Below, piece after piece: positions 12,904 through 21,526 of a stretch of DNA of 64,000 nucleotides. The notes beneath the pieces are model-generated. The model worked only from the letters and a program-made list of their open reading frames with translations. It had not been told where the DNA came from and did no database searches. How positions within the stretch are numbered: the first letter of the stretch is position 1; each line of letters begins with the position of its first letter. A program made the position numbers and the translations under genes. Origin of the DNA: Veleropilina oligotropha (Eukaryota); the NCBI GenBank assembly GCA_048128005.1, contig JBEUKZ010000060.1, forward strand, positions 372,001-436,000, read 5' to 3'.

Positions 12904-14477
12904 TCATTTGAACAAATAAATAAGGGATCAGTTAATTCACAACCGTGAGTTGATCTTAAATTGAGATACATTTGCATAGTTCGCACTGGGCAAGTTGCTT
13001 GATTCTTAAACAAATGAATATGCACACCTTTCCTAAAAGGATCAGTTTTGGAAGCTTTCAATCTAATGGTAAATTTATCCTTGGTCATTGCAACATCATT
13101 TACCACCTGCAGGATTGAAAGATGGTTTACGAATAGTGAATTCCCCACATCTGAAGAAACCGTAAAGGCAAGAGAACATACGCACTGTAGCATAATGTCA
13201 GTGAAAAGAGAGAACACTCCCGAAGAGAGCACATCGAAAATATTTAGTAAAATATCACCTGTAATAGGCAGACGGGATGGTTCTTTATGGGGCTGCAACT
13301 TTTTAATTGCATGACAGATCATCTGTAGTCGTGAAAACGGTGCTCCATTCGTGCAAGTAAAAGGGTTGCTAACCCCTGCCTTAATGTATGCAAATTTAAT
13401 GGCGCTCAGGTATAACTTAATAGTGTTAAAAGTGACGCACAGGACATTATGACAATGAGCAACAAAAAATATCCTCCGACACCGCAGGCAAGGTGTGTTG
13501 AGGCAAAACAACATTGTTCAACACCAAAAAGCGCAAGTAACAATTCACACCGGTACGATACCTGCCTATAGTAGACGGAGCTAGCGCAGAGTCCCACAGG
13601 TGGTGTACACATTCTTTCAGTACAACATTGTTGCTGAGAATGGTGGCAATGTCTCTTGATTTTATTTCGCCCAAGGTGCCAATTTCCGAAATTTAAATCG
13701 TGATAAAGCGTCAGCTATACAGTTCACTTTATCGGGCACATGTATGGCATACACAATGGAATTATGGGTCATGGCACAAAACGTCAGTCCACGCATCAGT
13801 TTCATAATTGGTGCAGACAGTTGCAGCGACCTAGCTTTACAGATGATTTGCACTGTAGCGAAATTGTCACATGAAAACACAATTCTTTTACCTGCCCATG
13901 TTTGGCCCCACACCACGATTGGGTACAATTCCAATAGCGCCAGACAGGTAAGATTTGGGTCCAGGGTACGAATGTCGTCCGGCCATTTTCCCGAAAACCA
14001 CTTATCACCAAAAATACCACCGAATCCACATGATCCAGAGGCGTCAGTGAACAAACTGAGATCACAGGCCAAACTTTTGGTATCTGACATAAACAAGTTA
14101 CATCCATTCCATGATTGCAAAAAAGTCACCCAGAGCTGTAATTCCAACCTGCACAGAGCACTGAGGTTGATTCGATGACGAAGTTCTTTCACCGATGTCG
14201 ATAAAGTCAACAGATAGGATATAAAAGTTCTGCATGGGACCACAACACGTGCAGCAAAGTTCATGTGTCCCAGCAGACTTAACAGTTCTCATTTTGTACA
14301 CTTCTTTTTTTGCAAGAACGACGACAACCGGTCGATTGATATAGTGGCACTCTGCTGACTTGAAGGGAACTGCGCAGAACAAAGGAAAATGACCCTTTCC
14401 CTATGCTACGGGGTTACTTGCGGCAATTCACGGTTTTTCCATGGTGACCGTCACAGGCCAGTGCATTGTGAGAGAAG

Positions 14478-15160
14478 AGTAGTATTTACCGTACCTTAGG
14501 ACACTTCCGGTGCCTTAGGGCATTTTCGTTGACGCATGCGCAGTGTTGTATTGTGGGTAATGTATTGTCGGTTTCCTTTGTTCCTTACTATCAATCAGCA
14601 TCGAGGGGGGCGTGTCTAGCGAACTTCCTTTGTTCCGTACTGTCCAATGATATTATCGGGATTATGGTCCACTTTCGGTGGCGCAGTGGCGATTTTTATA
14701 CCTTGGGGCACTATCAATTAGCATAGAGGGGGCGTGTCTAGCGAACACCTGCTCTCTCTTATCCAATGATATTGTCGGGGGTTTATAGCGAAGTTCCTTT
14801 GCTCTCGGGTTGTACATAACGAGAGGCCATCTTTGCATCAGTGAGATCGAAATCGAGTACAACGTGGAAGACCTCGTTAAAATCCAACCAAACAACAACA
14901 TCTTTGCATCGTTGAAGGAAATAGGACAATTTGCATCGAGGTAAATATATATAATTGCTAGGAAAACTATGGTTTTATATTCATCAGTAGAAATATGTAT
15001 AAAGTATATACATCAATTTTGCATCGAGGTAAATATATATAATTGCTAGGAAAACTATGGTTTATATTCATCGGTAGAAATATGTATATATGTCTGACGT
15101 ATAATATATTCCCCGGCATCAGTTTAATTGTATAATGTTTCCTTTCCAGCATTATGACGA
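14478..15160 (+). repeat. Maverick left terminal inverted repeat (683 bp)
   Basis: Reverse complement of 29868-30550; only one mismatch noticed, near 14802. Confidence 0.95.
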
Positions 15161-15609
15161 TTGATCTCGATAGAGGATGTTCCGTTGAGAAACTGGATAA
15201 CGTTATCCTGTTAAAAGGACCGAACAAGTCGTTGGAGTTTCCGTTTAATCGTTGGAAGTTATTCGCCGAAAATTTCGGCAAATTTGACGAAACAATATCG
15301 GATGTTATCGCCGGCAATCAGGTATCGTTTCGTCTTCATATCGGAGGCAATGTATTCGTGACGATTAGCCGACAGTGGCCACATATGGATATTAGACAAT
15401 TTTGGTTACCCGAAAACAGTGTAGATGTGTGCCCCACTCGTAAAGGAATTACGCTTAAATTTTATCAATTCACAAAATTGAAGGAGGCTACGATATCAGT
15501 GCCCGACGATATCGAGTTGTGTTATTTGCAAGACGACCATCAAAACCAGATTGGCGCAATTAATTGTCCCGAGTGCAACCCGAATCAAAAAGTTTGGGGG
15601 TTCTATTAG
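15154..15609 (+). CDS. PC4-like (ssDNA-binding) protein with C-terminal CX5HX8CX2C motif
   Basis: HIGGNVFVTIS..MDIRQFW..PTRKGITL..QFTKL matches the PC4 fold signature. Confidence 0.8.
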   Translation: MTIDLDRGCSVEKLDNVILLKGPNKSLEFPFNRWKLFAENFGKFDETISDVIAGNQVSFRLHIGGNVFVTISRQWPHMDIRQFWLPENSVDVCPTRKGITLKFYQFTKLKEATISVPDDIELCYLQDDHQNQIGAINCPECNPNQKVWGFY

Positions 15610-15612
15610 TGT

Positions 15613-15891
15613 GTGTGTTTACTAACAAGCGTTTCATTTATGATGTCGACACCGGAAGAGACAGTTGTGGAAACATTCTTACCACAAAATACGGATACTG
15701 CGAAGAAAACAAAGGTCAAATGGACTGTTGTCATTGTGATATTAGTATGTACTACGGTTGGACTGACGACTAATAACTGGGAACTATGTGTTAAAACACC
15801 TCCTGATCCTCTCCATGCAGAACCACTTCGTATTATGAACATATCCAATTCCAATATAAATAGTACTATTTGGATGCTGAATACTAATTAA
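15613..15891 (+). CDS. Small putative single-pass membrane protein (Maverick accessory)
   Basis: Basic KKTKVK followed by hydrophobic WTVVIVILVCTTVGL. The likely ATG is at about 15640, and AATAAA follows at 15967. Confidence 0.45.
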   Translation: MCLLTSVSFMMSTPEETVVETFLPQNTDTAKKTKVKWTVVIVILVCTTVGLTTNNWELCVKTPPDPLHAEPLRIMNISNSNINSTIWMLNTN

Positions 15892-16012
15892 TATTGCATA
15901 TGTCTATTCTAAAGAATAATATTCAAGCAATCCAAACAATGTTTTGTATGCATATTTGCTTTTGTCAATAAATGTATATAAGTCAATGTTTAGTCATTAT
16001 TAATTCATTGTC

Positions 16013-17092
16013 ATGGCAGAAGCGTACTTGAAAAAGTTGTGGTATGACCCAAAACATGGATATGGCGGTCCGGACAAGTTGTATAGAATGGTACAAAAAC
16101 AAGGAAAATTCAATATTAGTAAGAAAAAGATCACCCAATGGTTACAAGACCAAGACGCATACAGTTTACAAAAAGGGGTGATACGGAAATTCAGGCAAAG
16201 CCGTGTTATCGTTGGTGGAATTGATTCGATGTTTGATGGTGATTTAGCCGACATGCAAAATGTGACTAAATACAACGATGGCATAACATTCTTATTGATC
16301 GTAATCGATGTGTTTTCTCGTTACCTATGGGTAGTTCCAATAGCGAATAAGTTAGGTAAAACCGTTGTTGGAGCATTGAAATCCATATTTAAGGAAGGTC
16401 GAAAGCCTCGCATGATTCGGTTTGATAAGGGGAGCGAATTCAATAACCGATGGGTAAAACCATATCTGGCATCGGAAAATATTGCAGTGCATTTCACACA
16501 AAATGAATCGAAGGCAAATTATGCCGAACGTGTTATAAAAACATTTAAAAATATGATATACAGGCATTTCACAGCCAATCAAACGTACCGTTACATAGAT
16601 AACTTACAAGACTTGGTGTCCAATTATAACAATAGACCTCATCGATCATTAGGACAATGGACTCCTGCTAGCATTAACAAAAACAATGAAGACGAGGCTC
16701 GATATAAGATGTATCTGGCACGTACTAAATCAACAACATTGTCCAAGAAATACAAGTTTAACATGGGCGATAAGGTTAGAATATCGCATATAAAACATCC
16801 GTTTTTAAGAGATTATCAGCAAAAGTGGTCGGAAGAATTATTTATCATCGTTAAACGATATAAGCGTCAAGGAACATCTATTTATCAATTAACTGATTAT
16901 GCAGATGAGGCTATATCGGGTACATTCTACGAAAGAGAAATGCAAAAGGTCAATAAAACTGCAGACACCATATGGCGGATAGAAAAGGTATTGAAGCGGC
17001 GAAAACGCAATGGCGAGAATGAAATACTAGTAAAATGGATGGGTTGGCCATCTAAATTTGATTCTTGGATAAGCCGAGGTGCAATTGTATAA
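16013..17092 (+). CDS. Retroviral-like DDE integrase with C-terminal chromodomain
   Basis: DLADM, FDKGSEF and YAERVIKT supply the D,D,E triad. Chromodomain: WRIEKVLKRR..LVKWMGWPSKFDSWI. TATA-like GTATATAAG at 15974. Confidence 0.95.
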   Translation: MAEAYLKKLWYDPKHGYGGPDKLYRMVQKQGKFNISKKKITQWLQDQDAYSLQKGVIRKFRQSRVIVGGIDSMFDGDLADMQNVTKYNDGITFLLIVIDVFSRYLWVVPIANKLGKTVVGALKSIFKEGRKPRMIRFDKGSEFNNRWVKPYLASENIAVHFTQNESKANYAERVIKTFKNMIYRHFTANQTYRYIDNLQDLVSNYNNRPHRSLGQWTPASINKNNEDEARYKMYLARTKSTTLSKKYKFNMGDKVRISHIKHPFLRDYQQKWSEELFIIVKRYKRQGTSIYQLTDYADEAISGTFYEREMQKVNKTADTIWRIEKVLKRRKRNGENEILVKWMGWPSKFDSWISRGAIV

Positions 17093-17127
17093 TATGACAT
17101 GTTAATTTATAATGTTGTCACATCACG

Positions 17128-17547
17128 ATGAGTGTTCGTATGGTAATCAAGTCCACGGACAGTTCGGAATATTTCGAGAATGAACATTACGATTTCAGAG
17201 TAAAATTAAACAAACCGGCACTATTCGATGGTTATTGGACCGTAGCCTTGAACGAAATAGCCATTAACGGTTGCGCTAAGAGTAAAAATAATCGTGACCT
17301 ATTTGTGTGTTTTGATGCGTGTAGCGAAAGTGTGGTTGGAGACACATCTATGCCTTTATTGAGGAAAATATTTTTGAGAAATAGAGCGCCGTGTAACATG
17401 ATCTACAATGTACCTTATTATACACGTTTGAATCAAAGTCAGCTTCACCAAGTGCACATATATATAAAGGATATTAAGGGAGATCTAGCCTCATTCATCA
17501 CTGGAACAGTAACGGTGACACTTCATTTTAAAAAGTTCCCTTTCTAA
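17128..17547 (+). CDS. Minor capsid protein (penton-like)
   Basis: N-terminal S.DS.EYF.N...FRVKL..P..F.G.W.VAL.EI and C-terminal VG....PLLR..YY..I.IKD..TLHFK are typical of Maverick pentons. Confidence 0.75.
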   Translation: MSVRMVIKSTDSSEYFENEHYDFRVKLNKPALFDGYWTVALNEIAINGCAKSKNNRDLFVCFDACSESVVGDTSMPLLRKIFLRNRAPCNMIYNVPYYTRLNQSQLHQVHIYIKDIKGDLASFITGTVTVTLHFKKFPF

Positions 17548-17550
17548 GCC

Positions 17551-17919
17551 ATGTCTGGACCATTGTACATCAGCAACCCCAAGATGTGGGATCAAATATT
17601 TAAAAACATGCGTTCAGGCAAAATACAATCCGATAGACAAAGGGGCCAGGGTATAGCAACCATTGTATCGCCCATGGCTGAGGTAGTGGAAAGGGCTAAA
17701 GTCCAATTAAAAACTCAAAGGAAAGTAGGTTTGCCACACATAAAAGTTGCAGGAAAAAGGAAAAGCGTCAGTCGGTCAAAGAAAGTCAAGAAGATCACAT
17801 CGTCTTCCAAGAAGAAGGTTACAAAGAAGAAAGCACGTAAGCCAGTCAAAAAAACACAAAGCCGTAATAATTTTATAAATACTGTGTTTGCACGTAATGG
17901 CGTTTCTGAGCGAAAATAA
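17551..17919 (+). CDS. Lys/Arg-rich putative DNA-condensing core protein
   Basis: Very basic C-terminal half and a QRGQG motif; lies between penton and MCP. Confidence 0.6.
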   Translation: MSGPLYISNPKMWDQIFKNMRSGKIQSDRQRGQGIATIVSPMAEVVERAKVQLKTQRKVGLPHIKVAGKRKSVSRSKKVKKITSSSKKKVTKKKARKPVKKTQSRNNFINTVFARNGVSERK

Positions 17920-19204
17920 TCAACATATTGAAGTACCAGCTGAATTAGACTTGTTTAAGAGTTATTCCAATCAGGTTGCTATCGAGAATATTTATTATGC
18001 AGAATCGAGACCTATTTCAAACATTCATGGCGAAGTAGTCGAATTTAGTATTACAGGTCAAGGACCCGATTATATCGATCTAAAACGTAGTCGTTTGTAC
18101 GTCAAGGCAAGAATTATAAAGGCTGATGGAACACCATTGATAAAAGATGAAAAAGTGGGCATTATCAACCTTCCTTTACAATCGATGTGGTCACAGATCG
18201 ACGTATACATGAACAATAAATTGGTGACCTTGAATACTACTAATTATCCGTGGAAAGCGTATATCAAAACTATACTATCCAGTGGATCCGACGAACAAAA
18301 TTCGCATCTCCAAAGCCAGTTATTCTTCAAAGATTCGGTGTATATGGATGATCCTGACCCCGAATTAGGTGGTAATCAAGGACTCTTAAAGCGCTATGAT
18401 TATACCAAAGATAATAGAGTTTTCGAAATGGAATCCCCCTTATACGAGGATATATTTGCCTTGAATAAATATTTGTTGAACGGAGTAGATATTCGCATCA
18501 AACTATTCAGATCCCGCAAGCCATTCGTGTTGATGTCCAATGAAGATTCACCGGCCTATAAACTCGAATTAATCGATGTAGTCTACAAATTGTCTAAAAT
18601 ACGAGTCGACCCAGGTATAGTGTTGAATCACATGAAGCAATTGGAACACGATACGGTTAAATACCCCCTGGATAGAACCGAAGTGAAAATGAACACTATC
18701 GCCAAAGGATCAAGCGAGTTCTTTTGGGATAATATGTTTCCAAATGCACGCCCATCTAAGTTGGTCATTGGATTGATTAGTCAATCAGCGGTCAATGGAT
18801 CGTATAAGAAAAACCCGTTTAATTTTCAACACTTTAACGTGCAGGACGTAGGACTGTACGTGAATGGACAAAGTGTGCCTGGGCCACCATTAAAACTAAA
18901 TTTTAACAATCATTCTGAAAATGCATCGGCTTATGCTAATCTATTCGACAAGTGCGACAGATTGACCACTGGTCTTAATATTAATAAATATGATTATGCA
19001 ACCGGATATACACTGTTCGTATTCACTTTGGACCCATGCGACCTGGGAAGTAGGTATATCAATTTGATACAGCATGGAAATACCAGATTGACCATGAGAT
19101 TCCAAACAGCGACGACGGAGGCCATCAGTTGCGTTGCAGTGGCTACATTTCCAGCACTTATCGAAATCGATCGAGTACACAACGTGACATACATTCAACC
19201 ATGA
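17897..19204 (+). CDS. Major capsid protein (double jelly-roll, hexon/PY)
   Basis: Motifs ELDLF, EF.I.G.G.DYIDL..SRLYVK, NYPWKAYI, NPFNFQHF and GYTLFVFTL; ATG at 17897. Confidence 0.9.
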   Translation: MAFLSENNQHIEVPAELDLFKSYSNQVAIENIYYAESRPISNIHGEVVEFSITGQGPDYIDLKRSRLYVKARIIKADGTPLIKDEKVGIINLPLQSMWSQIDVYMNNKLVTLNTTNYPWKAYIKTILSSGSDEQNSHLQSQLFFKDSVYMDDPDPELGGNQGLLKRYDYTKDNRVFEMESPLYEDIFALNKYLLNGVDIRIKLFRSRKPFVLMSNEDSPAYKLELIDVVYKLSKIRVDPGIVLNHMKQLEHDTVKYPLDRTEVKMNTIAKGSSEFFWDNMFPNARPSKLVIGLISQSAVNGSYKKNPFNFQHFNVQDVGLYVNGQSVPGPPLKLNFNNHSENASAYANLFDKCDRLTTGLNINKYDYATGYTLFVFTLDPCDLGSRYINLIQHGNTRLTMRFQTATTEAISCVAVATFPALIEIDRVHNVTYIQP

Positions 19205-19654
19205 ACGGTTATCAATTAAAACGTCATAAGAAGCTACCCATGTTTAAGCGATGTAACTAGGGGTGTTTTTGCGATTAATACATTACCCCTACGCGTCGTG
19301 GAATACCCTAGTGCCTACATCGTGAATACGGATCCATTACCAGGACCAGGGAAACATTGGGTAGCCATCCTTTTCTTAAACGAATGGAATGCCGAATTCA
19401 TGGACAGTTTAGGGGAACCACCAGAACAATACGGTTTGAAATCGTTTATCGTGAGAAATGCGAGAAATTATTCGTGGATAAGAAATTGTATTCAATCTTA
19501 TTATTCTAGTTATTGTGGTTTATACGTATTGTACTTTATTGTAATGCGAATGTGTTTTCACGTATCCTTAGATGACATGTGTAGTGATTTTACTCTAGAT
19601 CTTATGCAAAATGATGAAATTGTACTAGCATTTGCTCATTCAATATTTGTGTAA
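19201..19654 (+). pseudogene. Adenain-like cysteine protease with a frameshift near the 5' end
   Basis: The ATG overlaps the MCP stop (ATGA). MNGYQLK shifts at the A4 run (19218-19221) into VIRSYP..RGVFAINTLP..IVNTDP..GKHWVA..FMDSLG..IQ..YCGLY, with catalytic H, D, Q and C intact. Confidence 0.85.
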
Positions 19655-19696
19655 TAAAAAATGTAAAATCCATCCGATTTTGTTGTTCAAAAGCGC

Positions 19697-20371
19697 ATGC
19701 ATGCAATCCTACAGTCATTTATAGACGATCCATCAAAGATGACGCGTCTGTTGAAATTTACGTCGCCATGTACAATTTTGATAAGTGGGTGCACGCAGTC
19801 GGGTAAAACTTACTTTACCAAGCGCTTGCTCGAACACGACATGTTTATGACACCACCCACCAAGATAGTATATGCCTATTCAGAATATCAATCCCTGTAC
19901 GATGACATGAAAAATGTTATATTTCATCATGGCTTACCCACAAAAGATGATATCGAATCCTATTCCGAAAACAGTGGTCACATGATTTTGGTATTGGATG
20001 ACATGATGCTACGTATTGCTCAATCAGAAGAATGCGTCCACTTATTTACTGTGACGTCACATCATCGTAATATCACGTGCATCTTTTTGACTCAAAATCT
20101 GTACCCTCCAGGCAAATACGCTCGAAGTATATCATTAAATTGCACTTATTTCGTCATATTTCGCAATTACCGAGATAACAAGCAGATAATTTCATTTGGA
20201 GCTCAGATTTTGCCGGGTGAATCTGCTTTTTTTAAAAATGCATATGATAAATCTACGTCATCCAAGTATGGATATCTCCTGATAGATTTATCACCTCACA
20301 CGGACAAGACGTATCAATTACGCACTCTCATATTCCCTGGTGAAGATTGCATTATTTATCGCCCGATATAA
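19697..20371 (+). CDS. FtsK/A32-like DNA packaging ATPase
   Basis: Walker A GCTQSGKT, Walker B ILVLDD, plus SHHRN and YGYLLIDL. Confidence 0.93.
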   Translation: MHAILQSFIDDPSKMTRLLKFTSPCTILISGCTQSGKTYFTKRLLEHDMFMTPPTKIVYAYSEYQSLYDDMKNVIFHHGLPTKDDIESYSENSGHMILVLDDMMLRIAQSEECVHLFTVTSHHRNITCIFLTQNLYPPGKYARSISLNCTYFVIFRNYRDNKQIISFGAQILPGESAFFKNAYDKSTSSKYGYLLIDLSPHTDKTYQLRTLIFPGEDCIIYRPI

Positions 20372-20410
20372 AAGCAGCTCACTGTATCATTACATCTCAT
20401 TAGTGACGCG

Positions 20411-20725
20411 ATGTCGGATACGATCAGAAGTCAGTCCGCATTCCTGAAGATATTGCATGATTGTAACCCTAGGCAACGAAAAGCGTTAATCGAATACATA
20501 TCTGCAGGACAACTAAAAGCTTTATCTCAAGTGGCTTTAAATATTTTGAAAGGAAACGTTAAGTTGAGTTCATCTGATATAAATAAGATACAGCCTTATA
20601 AATATATCATTTTACTTTTATCCAGCCGAGGTGAAAGTTACGAGACGAAGAAAAAAGTCTTATTGAAACATACTGCGGTGATACGATTATTGTTAAAACC
20701 AGTCATCTCATTACTCAATGGCTAA
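20411..20725 (+). CDS. Conserved small Maverick protein with amphipathic C-terminus
   Basis: L..L....PRQRKALI..LKALSQVALNILKGNVKL motif recalled from Mavericks; TATAAAA at about 20367. Confidence 0.7.
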   Translation: MSDTIRSQSAFLKILHDCNPRQRKALIEYISAGQLKALSQVALNILKGNVKLSSSDINKIQPYKYIILLLSSRGESYETKKKVLLKHTAVIRLLLKPVISLLNG

Positions 20726-20945
20726 GGAATTCATCTTAGTGCCTAAAGAGAAATACGATGCCTTACTCAGAGGATCAAACATCGTGTCAACATCGGTTAT
20801 ACCATCAAAGGACCAACGTACTGATAATCATCCAGACGTCGTTAAATTGATCGACGGAATTGATGGCAATGGTGGCATACCGGGAAAATTGATAGCTGGA
20901 CCACCAGGAAAACGACAAGAGACATTTCAATGGCTACCCTATTAA
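20718..20945 (+). CDS. Small Maverick protein (possibly a reduced PZ-like protein)
   Basis: Begins MAKEFILVP.EKY..L and ends WLPY; overlaps the previous gene; AATAAA follows at 20958. Confidence 0.5.
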   Translation: MAKEFILVPKEKYDALLRGSNIVSTSVIPSKDQRTDNHPDVVKLIDGIDGNGGIPGKLIAGPPGKRQETFQWLPY

Positions 20946-21526
20946 TGTACAACTCTGAATAAAAATATGTGTACAATTTTATTGAAGCTCGTTATAACAT
21001 CCAATGTCATTATCAATAAAATATTATTCATACAAGAATGCTCACAGACATAAAAATATACTACAATATCTACTCAGGAGACAAATTTTTCTATATTATT
21101 TCTCTCTGACATGAAAATAAGTCACAATATTTCTCACAGAAATAAAAATATACTAGAATATTTTCATAAATACAAATAATTTAAACAATTTTTTTCCTCG
21201 AGAGAAATTATTCTTCAAGATTTATTCGTTGGACAAAAAAAATGTTAATAAAAACTCTCGGACATAGATAAATTAGAGATTATTTTATCAAATGCCAAGA
21301 AATTAATCGTATTGAAATAGCATTGAATTATGAATATACGACATAAAAAATTCTTCAACTTAAAAATATTCTTCAAGATTTATTCGTTGGACAAAAATAA
21401 TGTACATAAAAAACTCTCTCGAGAGATAAATTAGACATTATTTATCTAGACTCGAATAATTTAAACAAAATTTTATCAAATGCATAAAATATGTACATTA
21501 TTATCTCACAAATCTACAAATGACAT

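Larger units (their letters stand above)
11770..14320 (-). mobile_element. 5'-truncated, decayed DIRS (tyrosine-recombinase) retrotransposon: RT end, RNase H, YR
   Basis: RT end LLSLLGHMNFAARVV; RNase H LFTDASG..LELYPI..CDN..ADALSR (13662-14264); YR KASKTDPFRKG and HSFRIGAAT..LGHWSSDCY (12321-13674, frameshifted). Confidence 0.9.

Noticed and set aside
14529..15317. Short ORFs in the TIRs (and mirrored at 29876-30559)
   Set aside because: They are duplicated only because the TIR is duplicated, and they show no protein-like motifs.
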